This document shows positions 1 through 11,716 of a stretch of 46,644 nt of DNA, in pieces. Both the position numbers and the translations under genes were made by a program. Source of the stretch: Neoconidiobolus thromboides FSU 785 (taxonomy: Eukaryota > Fungi > Entomophthoromycota); the NCBI GenBank assembly GCA_025603075.1, contig MU626416.1, positions 1 to 46,644 on the forward strand, in the 5' to 3' direction. Below the pieces are notes generated by a model. That model made no database searches. It worked only from the letters and a program-made list of their open reading frames with translations, and was not told the DNA's origin. Each line of letters begins with the position of its first letter. Position 1 is the stretch's first letter.

Positions 1-480
1 ATTTTCATATTTTTGATTATTTTTAAATAAGTGTGAAATATCGCCTCGTCAGCTCCATGATTGATTATAACATAATAATCACTTAAGTTGTTGTGTTCTC
101 AAGTTCAGAGACAATCAACCCTATTCTCTTATTTTAATTTGTTATGAGAATTTCTAGCTGCATCCCAAAGAACGTTATCTTCTCATTTTGATATTTGTAC
201 TTATCAGAGTATAAAACAGATCTTAGAACATAGTAGCTCCAGGCTTTTTAATTCAATTATTTCTTGATATCTTGTACATTTAATAAAGCCACTAATTTTT
301 CTCAATAGTACTTTACGTAGATTTTACATTGGTATTATCTATTCTATTTATCTTACATAGTCTATAACTTATTACGTGCTATTCTTAATCCAAGTCTATC
401 TTAGTTACATAAACTAAGACCTTTCAACTTATAATATAGTCAACTAGGCAATAGCTGCTATTGGCTGCAATCATTAAGTA
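1..480 (-). repeat. Decayed interspersed repeat family 2, copy A (runs off window start)
   Basis: Reverse complement aligns by eye to ~25275-25815. The ungapped block 31-90 vs 25751-25810 is 43/60 identical; block 361-430 matches 25328-25400. No open frame. Confidence 0.8.
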
Positions 481-540
481 CCAGATTTCACATAACATAA
501 TAGAATTAATAACTCAACTACTAATAATAGTAAAATATAT

Positions 541-639
541 GGGGGTGTTTTTTTAGCTTCATCACTTTTTTCCATCTTTTAAGCGCTACTTGAGCAGAAA
601 AATTATTAATAAAATTCAAAAACACAAAAATACATCCTC
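541..639 (-). mobile_element. MITE family 1 (Sola-like), copy 1
   Basis: GGGGGTG...CATCCTC ends; TSD ATAT 537-540 / ATAT 640-643; matches family core aaatagtgcttaaaaaatggaaaaagtaatgaa on the minus strand. Confidence 0.9.
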
Positions 640-670
640 ATATATAGTTTTCAAAAAGCATAAAACAAAT

Positions 671-767
671 GGGGATGTATTTTTTTGTTTAAGAATTTTA
701 CTACAACCTTTCCACTCAAATAGTGCTTAAAAAATGGAAAAATAATGAAACCAAAAAAAACAGCCCC
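671..767 (+). mobile_element. MITE family 1, copy 2
   Basis: GGGGATGTATTTTTTTG...CAAAAAAAACAGCCCC; TSD AAAT 667-670 / AAAT 768-771; head-to-head with copy 1. Confidence 0.9.
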
Positions 768-1295
768 AAATATAGAAAATACAAAATATTAAAAATTATT
801 TATACTTTGTTAAATATAATAGTAAATTATGTTATTATCCAGTATTTGATAAATTAAAAAAAAGTGGCATAATTGTAATTAAAATGATAAAGTTTATAGA
901 AAATAAATAAATAAAATAAATCCCAGCTTATTTTATAAAGATAGCAGAAAATTCAAAAGTTTTAACATTTATTAAGCAAGCAAATAGTTTATCAAATAAT
1001 AAAAATCAATTGTTAAATATTAATATTGCTTGAATTATTGATAGTTAAGTTAATAAATACTTAGAAGGTAGGCAATTCTAATAATGAGCAAAAGTTATTA
1101 TTACATTACTTATATTTTATAAAAATAGTTAATTATAATTTTGAGACTAATCATTCCCTCCTATCCAACTATTTACTAACTTAATAATATAAGTATAATA
1201 TTAAAATAATTTATTTGTTTAATAGTAAATCTGTAATATTAGCTATAAATTAGTTAATGATAAATGTCTTTCAATGAAGTTTTGTAAAAATATGT

Positions 1296-1393
1296 GAGGA
1301 TGCATTTTTGTGTTTAAGGATTTTACTAACAATTTTTCACTCAAATAACACCTAAAAGATGCAAAAAACAATGAAGCCACAAAAAATACCACC
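1296..1393 (+). mobile_element. MITE family 1, copy 3
   Basis: GAGGATG...TACCACC; TSD ATGT 1292-1295 / ATGT 1394-1397. Confidence 0.85.
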
Positions 1394-1939
1394 ATGTATC
1401 TATTTTTATAGGATTTTAAACAAACTTTTCGGAAACTAGATATAAGAATAAAAGTGATTTAAACATCCTTATATAGTGATTTACAAAAACCTTTATATAA
1501 AATGATTATTTTTTTAATAACAGTCTTAACGCTGATAATATTTTAAAATCCCATTAGTAAAACTATTTACTCTATTAATCATGTATCTTAATTTTCTATA
1601 ATGCTATAATATAAAATTTTCAGATTATATATAACTTAGAACAATATATTAATAGCTAATTTATCAACTCATTTAGCTTTGTAATCCTATAACTAAAATT
1701 TTTTTAGAAGCTGAAGTAAAATATAATAATATTAATAACTTATGATACAGTTTGTTTTACATTTATTAAGTTATAGTAAATAATTCAAATAATTATTAAA
1801 ATTTAGGATAAAGTTTTATTAACCAATCAAAAGTAATAATAATAAAGTTTATTTTTAATGTTTTATTTTTATTAATATTAATATTAAATATAAGTTGATA
1901 CCAAACTTATAAGCTAATTGCTTGTTTTTTTAAGTATGT

Positions 1940-2036
1940 GGGAATGTTTTTTGGGTTCATCACTTTTTCCATTTTTTAAGCATTATTTAAGTGGAAAAAT
2001 TGTTAGTAAAACTCTTAAATACAAAAACACATCCCC
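1940..2036 (-). mobile_element. MITE family 1, copy 4
   Basis: Full length; TSD ATGT 1936-1939 / ATAT 2037-2040 (1 mismatch). Confidence 0.88.
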
Positions 2037-2477
2037 ATATATTAACTCTCCATTGATTTTATTTTAATTTTACTTTTACTTTTTTTTGTATTAAGTTCTT
2101 TAAGATTACAACATCAAAATTAAAGCTTATAATTTTTTATTAAAGTCAAAATAAATTCAATCATTTATACCTTTTCAAAATCTTAAAAAAAAATAGACGT
2201 ACCTTTAATTAATAAATATAATTTTAAAATAAAAATTGAGTCAGCATTTTTGATAAAAATGATAAGCTTTGAATTTCAGCAAATTTTGATATAGATTTTA
2301 AACTGGAAATTTCAAATATACAAAAATAATTCTGTTAGAGAAATAAGAGCTATTTGTTAATAAATATTATGATAATAAAATAATACAATAGTACGAAATA
2401 ACATAATTAATATTTCCTTATCTATTATTTATATACTTTGTTTATATTTTATAATAACGGTAAGTAAAAGTTATTGC

Positions 2478-2545
2478 TTGTAAAATTTATTATCTTTTTA
2501 CTTTAATTTTAAAACGCAAAGTTTTTGCCATATGTGACATGTATA
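2478..2545 (+). repeat. Short interspersed repeat family 3, copy A
   Basis: ttgtaaaattta...tttaattttaaaacgcaaagt...atgtgacatgta is 36/45 identical to 28751-28795; its core also resembles 28991-29020. Confidence 0.5.
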
Positions 2546-2609
2546 AATTTAATTAAATAAAACCAGTTTTAAATACAAATACAAATAAAAATAAAAATAA
2601 AAATCATAT

Positions 2610-2679
2610 GGTGGTACATTTTTTTGTTTAAATAGTGCTTAAAAATGGGAAAAGTGATGAAGTTAAAAAAAACATCTAC
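2610..2679 (+). mobile_element. MITE family 1, copy 5 (internal ~27-bp deletion)
   Basis: Both ends present, TSD ATAT 2606-2609 / 2680-2683; the segment gaattttactaacaatctttccactca is missing. Confidence 0.8.
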
Positions 2680-3015
2680 ATATTGTAATTATTGATATAT
2701 GAAGTTCGAACTTAATCTAAATATGATAGTATACAATCAATCAAAACGTAGCAAATGTAGTAAAAACATAGTAGTAAAAAATTAGTAAATAATGATCTTG
2801 TAAAAACTATAAAATTTAGTAGCTAAAGTTTTTAATACATGTCAAGTAAGCATAAAAAAATAATAAAGGTAGATAAAAACATTTAAAAATTTCTTATTTT
2901 CCTTTCCAAAAGTGCTAGTTTCAGGTTTATGTTAGTCAAAAAAGAGTATCTTCTCATTTTTAACTATTTGCTTACTATTTAGATAGCTTAAAATTCGAAA
3001 AATTACTCAGTAAAT

Positions 3016-3099
3016 GGGCATATTTTAATGTATAAGAATTGCCCTTTTTCACCCATAAGGCTCAAAAATAAACAAAAAATTGAAACAAAAAGCGTCCTC
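3016..3099 (+). mobile_element. MITE family 1, copy 6 (degenerate)
   Basis: GGGCATATTTT...AAAAGCGTCCTC; TSD AAAT 3012-3015 / AAAT 3100-3103; right end matches copy 17. Confidence 0.6.
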
Positions 3100-3335
3100 A
3101 AATACTAAACAAAAAACGTGACTGTATTATTTGTATTAATGGGGTTTTAATAAACAATATATATTTGTCTATTCCGATTGTCTATTGGTTACTTTTAAGT
3201 TTATTTATAATAAAAAGTGTGGATATTTAATTAATAAAATACTAGCACTGATAAGTTGAATTTTATCTGAGAAATAATTCCACAGTTAAATCATTATTTG
3301 TTCTTTAAATTTACCAGCATTATAAATTATTATTT

Positions 3336-3429
3336 GGGGATATATTTTTTAGTTTAAGAATTTTACTAACAATCTTTGTTCAAATAGCGCTTAAAAATGG
3401 AAAAAGTATGAAGCCAAAAAAACATCCCT
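3336..3429 (+). mobile_element. MITE family 1, copy 7
   Basis: GGGGATAT...ACATCCCT; TSD ATTT 3332-3335 / ATTT 3430-3433. Confidence 0.9.
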
Positions 3430-4239
3430 ATTTAAACAAAACAATCACAGTCAAATAAGCCACCCAGCTATTATTAAATAAGTGAAAAATATTATAGTAA
3501 TATTCAAGTACTTAATAAAGATAATGGTTTCTAAATTTCAAATACTAAGGAGCTTTATCCATTTGCTCACTTAAAAACAGGTGTTGAAATATTCAAGTAA
3601 GAAAGTCATAAAAGTAAATTCTACCACTTAATAAAAGAACGTGATTTAGTATTCTAAAACTAAAAGAATTACAATTGATATTGATCGTATAAATCCCTTC
3701 ATTATTAACTAAACGAATATCTGGTACGGGGGTTAAAAATAAAAGTTGAAAGTATTATTAAATAAAACTCATAACAATAAATACTATTAATTAATAGAAT
3801 ATTATATTTGGATAGTTTAACTTTGAATTGCAAACTATATTTTAATGAATTTAATTTGCCAATTTAATTTGTAATTTTCTAATCTTAACATTTTAGTGAG
3901 AATAATTAATTGAGTACTTCATAAGATGAAACATATTTGTTCGATTTAATTTGCTAACTTTTTAATGATAATGCGTTTTATAATTTACACACAAAACTGA
4001 TTTTAAATTATTTAAAATTGAAATTATTTCGTGTTTTTAGATTAATGTCAATCTTCAAAATAATTTGTGGTATCTTAGTAATATGTGGTATTGTAGTGGT
4101 ATTAAATTATATTAAATATAAATATCAAATATTAACTTCTATATTATTAAAATACCTCATAATCAATTGTAATATATTAGCAAATGAAATTGTATGTCAA
4201 AAGAGAGGATTGATATTGTAATATTAAAATTATTAATAT

Positions 4240-4333
4240 GGGGGTGTTTTTTTGATTTCATTACTTTTTCCATTTTTCAAGTGCTATTTGAGTAGAATAA
4301 TTACTAGTAAAATTCTTAAAAAAATACATCCCC
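4240..4333 (-). mobile_element. MITE family 1, copy 8
   Basis: GGGGGTG...TACATCCCC; TSD ATAT 4236-4239 / 4334-4337; 160 bp upstream of the SKN7 ATG. Confidence 0.92.
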
Positions 4334-4493
4334 ATATAAAAAAGAGCTTAAAATCTTCTCAAATTTAGCATGAAAAACAAGTTAAAGAATCTCCAATCAT
4401 CTGAAACACGAATGTTTACATGAGTTAATAAAAAAATTGCCAATCTTATAAATAAACATTTTTTTTAAATAAAATAATCTTTTAAAAAATTTT

Positions 4494-6505
4494 ATGCCAC
4501 ATTTAAATAATGGTAACTTTATGATGGAGGAAAATAATACTAGAACTAGCCCATCTAATCCTCAAGGTCCAACTGACTTTATACAAAAACTATTTCGGTA
4601 AGCAAGACTTGAATTTTCAAACCAGTTCTTTATTAACTTTTTTAAAGCCTTGTTAATGACCCGATCTCTTATCCTTTAGCTTGCTGGAGTAACAATGGTG
4701 ATAGTTTTTTAATATCAAACCCTCACGATTTTGCAAAGTTATTATTGCCAAAACATTTTAAACATGATAATTTTCAGTCTTTTATTCGTCAGTTAAATAA
4801 ATACGGTTTCTCTAAAGTTAAAAGAGTTACTGATGATAAAGTAAGTGAACTTATATTTTATACGATTAAACATGAAATTAACTATTTATATAGATTTGGG
4901 AATTTAAGCATGAAAATTTTTGTAGAGATTCTATAGATTCTCTTAAGGACATTAGGGTTAGTGTTTTATTTTAGCCCAGATTATTTTATTAATTAAAGTA
5001 AATAGAGAAAAGCTGCAGCGACTAGAAGAGTATCTGTGAACAATTTTGAAGGAAAGCAATCTGATAATCATGTCAACTTACATTCGCCAGCTTTGACTCT
5101 CAACGGTAAACCAATTGATGCCCAAGGAGGAAATACTCGTACCCAAAACGACTTGGAAACTATTATAAGAACTATGCAGGAAAGAATCAACAAACTGGAA
5201 TCAAAAACGAATACATCTTGTAGTAAGAATGTTGAAGATAAATATAATCGGTTAATAAAAGAAGTGGAAAATTTAAGCAAAAATATGATTGCTCAAGATG
5301 AATTAATGCAGTCAATAATACAATGTATAGTTTCTCAAGAAAAAGGTATTCATTGATTTTTTAATTTCAAAAATAACTAATTTAATTTATTAGCTTTAAT
5401 GCTCTTTGTTGACAATCAATGGAGACAAGATTTCAATCCACCTATGAATAGTCAAGCTCAAGTACAGCCAGATGTAAATCAAGTACAACCTCAACAACCA
5501 TTTCTTTCAGCAAATATCCAGCGTTTGGTAAATACTTATAAACAAGTATCTAAAGCAAATGGTCAATTTTTGAATGATTTCACCCAAGCAGCTCAAGATT
5601 ATTACTCTCAATCATTTAATTTACAAGGAATGCCTAATCAAAATATACCAGTATCGCAAGATTATAGCAGTTCATTTAATAACGTTAATCTTGTTCCAGT
5701 TAGTACCAGTTATAATTTTGTTGCACCTGAGCCAGTTAAACAGGAAATTATTTCACAAAAACCAGTTCCAAATAACAGTTTAAAAGCGAATATGAAGCGT
5801 AAAGCTTTAGCAGAGAAAAGAAGTAAAACAGATGCGAACTCAACACAAAGTTTAGCATGGACTTGGATAGTACCTCCTAATGTATTATTAGTTGATGATG
5901 ACCCCACATGTCAAGCCATCTATGCTAGATCATTACAAATACTTGGATGTTCTTATGATATTGCGAAAGATGGATCTGAAGCTGTTAATAAAATGAAATC
6001 GCGTAAATATGATATGGTACTAATGGATATATGGATGCCTGAAATGGATGGGTTATCAGCTACTAAATTAATACGTGAGTTTGATGCAGCTACTCCGATC
6101 ATTGCTATTACAGGAGATTATCGAGAAGAAGATCGTAACTTTTATTTAGAACAAGGCATCAATGAAGTATTAGGAAAACCATTAAGAGTTAAAGAACTTG
6201 GGCCTATAATGCAAAAACACTGGCTTAAATTTTGTATCAATCGAGATGCGGAAACTCAACAAAATCAAACACAATTAAGTAATGACATGACAACATATAA
6301 CAATGAATATAGTATAAATAATAATGAACTTGCTTCCCAAATTATACCTACCACTCAAATACAACAAAATGTCAATCAAGAAATGAGAGAAAATATAACG
6401 TTTAATCCACCACAGCCTTTTTTTAATGCACAGATATCAGACGCTAATTATAATTCAGGGATGATTGCACAAACTTATTACCAACCGAATCCATCTAACC
6501 AATAA
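4494..6505 (+). CDS. SKN7: HSF-type DNA-binding domain + coiled coil + response-regulator receiver transcription factor (Skn7/Prr1 ortholog); 5 exons
   Basis: Exons 4494-4597, 4648-4840, 4894-4956, 5006-5345 and 5394-6505 join in frame via GT-AG introns. HSF motif PTDFIQKLFR...PKHFKHDNFQSFIRQLNKYGF...WEFKHENF; receiver VLLVDDD...VLMDIWMPEMDG...LGKP with the phospho-Asp retained. Confidence 0.9.
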
Positions 6506-6984
6506 GAAGATTGAATTAGAATAGATTTTGATTGAATCTATTATTAAGGATTAATAATAATAATTTATTGTATTTAATACTTTTAAAAAGTATATAAGAT
6601 GATTTTAATACGATATTCTTTTATTTAAGGTTTTATTTTTATTTTCAAATAGCTAAAAAAAATAAATTTTGTTTTGATATATCTAATTTTGTTTTATTTT
6701 GTTTTATAGTATCAATTTTCCTTAATGTTAATTTGTTAATTAATTCTTTTAATATTTTAATATACTGATATTAGTAATTTATAAAACAAAATAGGGATTA
6801 TAATAAAACTTAAAATATTAAATTAAATAATTTTCAAATTTAAAATTACATATAAAATAAAAAGTTGATTTCAGATTTAATTAAAAATTCAACTTAATTT
6901 TATTCAACTAAAATAATAAATAAAACATCAAAGATAATCATTTTTATCAAGCTTTTAAGACTTTTGAATTAAAAAATTCAATTA

Positions 6985-7080
6985 GGGGATGTATTTTTTG
7001 TTTAAGAATTTACTAACAACCTTTCCACTCAAATAGCGCTTAAAAAATGGAAAAGTAATCAAATCAAAAAAAACATCCCC
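6985..7080 (+). mobile_element. MITE family 1, copy 9 (abuts RTC1 stop codon)
   Basis: GGGGATGTATTTTTTG...CAAAAAAAACATCCCC; TSD ATTA 6981-6984 / ACTA 7081-7084, the latter containing the TAG stop on the minus strand. Confidence 0.92.
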
Positions 7081-7081
7081 A

Positions 7082-10000
7082 CTAATTATTAATAATGAAA
7101 TCACATTGATGACCACAACCAGTAGGACAATAACCTTTAGTATTAACATCTGAATTCATTTCAAACCATAAAGAAATACAATTAGCATGACCCCCATGGC
7201 CACAATATTGACACCAAACAAAACTACCTTTAACTAATAAGGAACAAATACTACATTTTTCTATGATTGTATTACATTTTTCACATTGAAAATAATCTTT
7301 TAAATTATTACTATTATTATTGTTATTTGATATATTATTATTAATTAATGGTTTTTTACAAGTAAAACACATAGTATAAATTGTAGTTGATTCTTGATTC
7401 AATAATTGAATTTCATTAATTTCACTTTTTAATATTATTTCATTAGATATATTATATAATTTAAATCGATCTAATAATTCAATATAACTTTTAATTATAT
7501 TTTGTTTTAATTTTAAATTAAATTCTATTCTATTATTTAATAATATTAAAATTATACTACACATTTGGATATCTCCTTCAATATTATAATATTCAATTAT
7601 TTCCGAAATAATTTCATTAACTTTCCAATTATTTGGAAATTGGTTGTTATTAATACTATTATTATTAGTATTAGCACTATTAATATTAACATTATTGTTA
7701 TTATTATTGCTATTAGTTAATTTGTTACTAACTAATTTATTACTTTGATAAATTAAATTTGAAGATCCCATTATTTTTTTATATTTTGGTGATCTATTAC
7801 CAGGTGTATTTGATTGTGTTGGTATTGCTGGTGTTGCTGTTGATGTTGATACTGCTGTTGATGGTTGAGCTGATAATGGATTTATTATTATATTATTATT
7901 GTTATTATTATCCTTTAAATTATCAATATCATCTTCACTAACTTCTGATAATCTCTCAATTAAATTAACTGCGTCAAGTAAATAATCGTCATCTGGTAAT
8001 TCTTCATTTTCTAAATATGGATAAGATCGAGTTTTGTTTGTTGTTTTAAGCTGAGTAATTGAGTTTGTTGAGGATTGTGTATTTATTAATTGTGCTTTAT
8101 TACTATTATTTATAACTGTACTATTATTGTTAATATTATTATTATTTGTTAATTTAAAAAAAGATTGATTTGAATAATTAAATAAATTATCATCATCACT
8201 GTCATCGTCATCACTTTCATTTTTTGTTAAAAATTTACCAAATATCAATTGAATCATTTTCCATGTTTGTGCTGCTCTAAAATGTTCTGCTTGGTATGCT
8301 ACCTAATTTAAATATTAATTAAAATTCCAATGATGTAATATTCAACTTACTAAATAATTATGTTCTGTTGAACTTAAAATGTCATTAGAGTCTAATGAAT
8401 AATTAATAGCAAAATAACTAAATGTACGAAAATCAAAGGTAGGTACATGAAGAATACCTGAACTTTGTAACTAAATAATATTAATTAAATAAATAATTAA
8501 TATAATATTAGAAATGAAATTTTATTAACTTACTGGTATCATTCGAAATAAATTTTCACTTCTTTTTTTTAAATAATTTTTTTCATTTCTTTTATAATTT
8601 TTAATAACTTCACTATTATTATTACTATTAGTTTCATTGTTGGTTGTTTCTAATACGAAACTAATATCTCCATATGGATTCCATGATAAAGCTACTGTAT
8701 TTAAATAATTTGAAGGTTGAGTAAATGAACTAATATCTGTAACTTCTCTTCTTAGAAAATAATGATCTTTACTACAGCTAAATATTTCATCTGATCCTGC
8801 CCAATAGATATCTAAATAATGATATGTTAATAATATTTATTATAATATTAATATTAGTATTGCCTGTAGTTATATTGTTATGTCCAATAATATTATATTT
8901 TGGTAAATAAGGTCGGTTGATATCCCAAACATTAATTGAATAATCAATGTTCAAAGAAGTGGATGCAATTTGATGAAGATGATTTGGTCTCCAACGTATT
9001 TTTGATACAGCAGCAATTGTTTGTATTAATCCATTAGGTTTTCTACTATCTGATTTTGTGTCCCAAATCTATTAATAATATAATTATTAATTATATTATT
9101 AATTAATTAATTATAATTATTATATTAAACATTTACTTTAATTTGTTTATCTCTACCACCACTAGCAATTGTCCTACCATCTGAATTCCAATCTACAGTT
9201 AAAGCAATACCAGTGTGAGCTGTAAATTTTTTTAAATATTGAGTAGGATTTCTAATATCCCAAACCTAATATAAGCAATTAATATTAATTTAATCTAATG
9301 TTAATTATTTACTTGAATTGATCCTGATTCAAATGCCGCTACAAACTCTTCTGTATTTAATGGATTAAATTGAAAATCTCGAACAGCTTCCGATTTAGGA
9401 TTAAAGCTTAATTTAGCTGATTCTTTTGTTCTTATATCCTAACAAAAATTGTAAAATTTTAAAATATATTGAATATTCAACAAAAATTATTTACCCAAAC
9501 TTTAATAAATCCATCTTGAGCAGCAGAAAACAATAATTGACCCGAAAACGGATGAAATTTCACTTTGTTAACTGCTCTTGAATGACCAGTAATTAACCTT
9601 TCTATTTTTTGCCCATATTTATTTAAGTCCCATAATACAACTGAACCATTAGTAGATGCAGTGGCTAATTTATCTTGACTATAGCCTATTCCCCAAGCTA
9701 CATCATTCGAACTAAAATTTAAATTTAATCGATAGCCTACTCTTAAATTGATATATTCATTGATTTCTTCTTCACTAAATTTAATCACTTTTAATACTAA
9801 ATAAAAATTAAAGATTTAATTGAAGCCTAAAATAAAATTCTTTCTTTTTTACCTTCTCTACCTGCCACAGCTAAAAGTTCAAATGATGGATTTGGAGCAA
9901 TGGAATTCAAAGGCCCATTAAACAGATAAGAATTTTTTTTGTTAAAATTCAAATTATCATTATTATTATTATTATTTAAATTATTATTCTCCCATTGTAA

Positions 10001-10417
10001 ACTATTTTTAAAATTTTCAATATCCAATAACATATTTTTTTGATTATCATTAATCTCTTTAGTTTGATTTTTTAAGATCAAATTATCACTACTTTTAACT
10101 TTACTTTTGATTCCTTGGCTTGGTTTATTATCTCTTTCTTGTAATGAAGAAAATACTCGAAACATATCATTCACTTGAGGTGGACTCTTATATCGATTGC
10201 CATTACCGTTATTATTATTATTATTATTATTACTGTTATTGCTATTATTTATATTATTATTATATCTTTCTTCATCACTTATACTATCTTCTGTTTTATA
10301 ATCACTTCTAAGTTCGTTATATTCTGATTCATAATCTTCTGATTCTTGAGATATATTGGTTTTCCTTGGTTTAGTATTATTCTTGGTATTATTGTTATTA
10401 TCATTACTCGATGGCAT
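7082..10417 (-). CDS. RTC1: GATOR2/SEA complex WD40-RING subunit (Rtc1/Sea2/WDR24), multi-exon
   Basis: WD40 exons (LATASTNGSVVLWDLNK, GHSRAVNKVKFHP, FTAHTGIALTVDW, SGGRDKQIK, VSKIRWRP); C-terminal zinc/RING CSICSLLVKGSFVWCQYCGHGGHANC...CPTGCGHQC; Asn-rich linkers. Confidence 0.85.
10209..10232. repeat. (AAT)n microsatellite encoding poly-Asn in the RTC1 N-terminus
   Basis: Run ttattattatta... within exon 1; similar imperfect runs at ~7670-7730 and ~9958-9975. Confidence 0.8.
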
Positions 10418-10820
10418 TTGAATTTAATTTAATAAAAAATTAATTCATTTGAAATACTAAATGACACTTTAATGATTACTATTAGAATATTTCAACCAAT
10501 GATATAATACTTTCTATAAAATAGACTTTCATTGTGTATATTAAACTAAAAAATAGCAATGACATTCTTTTCTTAAATTCTTTATTTTCTATCAAAATAG
10601 ACTTTGAAAAATCAAAAGTTAAACAATTGTTACATAATACAGCTAAAGCAGCAAATATTGGACTAACAATTGAATGCAAATTTAGGATTGATTTAGATTG
10701 ATAAATATAAAATACTAACTGACAGTATGAAGATTTAAAAAGAATTCAAAGAATACTAATAAATTAGCTCACTTCTGGTTAGAAATTTTTAATAAACATA
10801 ACTAACAATTTATTCAATAG

Positions 10821-11215
10821 ATTTATTATGATCAATATAGTCCTTATTATTCAGATAAAAATGTAGGTATCTATACAACAAGTTTACTTCAAATTTGTTT
10901 TGATTTATCAAGAGGAAAAGAAGTTTGTAACCCCCCATATCTAGCAGTATTTTAAAAAGTAAGTTAGATTTGAGTATTCCTTAGATTTTTTTATCAATTT
11001 TTGAAGGTAATTTGATATGGTTTTGAAAAGACATTACTGTAAGTATTGAATCTTTTATTCTTGATTGTATCTATTATTATTTTCTTTAAAGTCATGCTAG
11101 AGAAAGAGGATTAGATTATTTAAATAAAATACCTGTTTACTGTTTAACTACGCAATTATCTGACAAATTGATTTTATTTGATATTTATTGTCAACTTGAT
11201 ACAATTCTACTATAA
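10821..11215 (+). other. Candidate spliced gene or pseudogene fragment, unknown product
   Basis: Canonical donors (gttag 10778, gtaagt 10959 and 11039), CTAAC branch plus acceptor signals (10713-10725, 10800-10820), and open segments IYYDQYSPYY...CNPPYLA (10821-10946) and HARERGLDYL...DTILL* (11093-11215). No complete model obtained. Confidence 0.3.
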
Positions 11216-11378
11216 TTTCTATTATTGTTACTAATAAAATGAAATAGACTCACCAAAAAAGAAGTCAAAATCAAATAAATAAAATATTCAAGTTAGTGAT
11301 GAAGGTGATTTAATATTTAATTTAATAATTTTTAGTTATTATTAATAAAATTTAGTTTTTATAACTTACAAAAAATAT

Positions 11379-11482
11379 GAGGATGATTTTTTTGTCTAAG
11401 AATTTTACTAACAATCTTTCCACTGAAATAGCAAATAGTGCTTAAAAAATGGAAAAATAATGAAACCAAAAAACGCATACAC
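11379..11482 (+). mobile_element. MITE family 1, copy 10 (small internal duplication)
   Basis: GAGGATG start, left TSD ATAT 11375-11378; internal aaatagc-aaatagtg duplication; eroded right end. Confidence 0.85.
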
Positions 11483-11716
11483 ATCGATTTATTACAAAAT
11501 TTAGGAAAACACCTAAAATAAAAAATAAAAAATAGTGAATAATAATAATGATAATATAGAAATAAGATTTAGTAGACTAATTTTCATTCAGGTGGGGATT
11601 TATCAAGGATTAGTTATCAATTAAAACTAATTAATGAGAGAGGTAATTAATCTTTTTAATTCTCATTTGAATAAACAATAATAAAATAATACACGCTATT
11701 GATTCATTTTATTAAA

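Noticed and set aside
667-771. Reading the MITE as TG...CA (solo-LTR-like) with a 2-bp TSD, or as a TA-TSD Tc1/mariner MITE
   Set aside because: A 4-bp TSD with G...C ends explains all clean copies, including copy 9 (ATTA/ACTA), which lacks the 5' T. Non-TA duplications (AAAT, ATTT, ATGT, AATT) exclude a strict TA target.
4018-4221. 67-aa ORF
   Set aside because: TTG start, AT-rich hydrophobic composition, no homology; lies in the TE island.
537-4337. CRISPR-like array or satellite interpretation of the recurring ~100-bp sequence
   Set aside because: Copies are irregularly spaced, in both orientations, with TIRs and TSDs; the locus is eukaryotic and has no cas genes.
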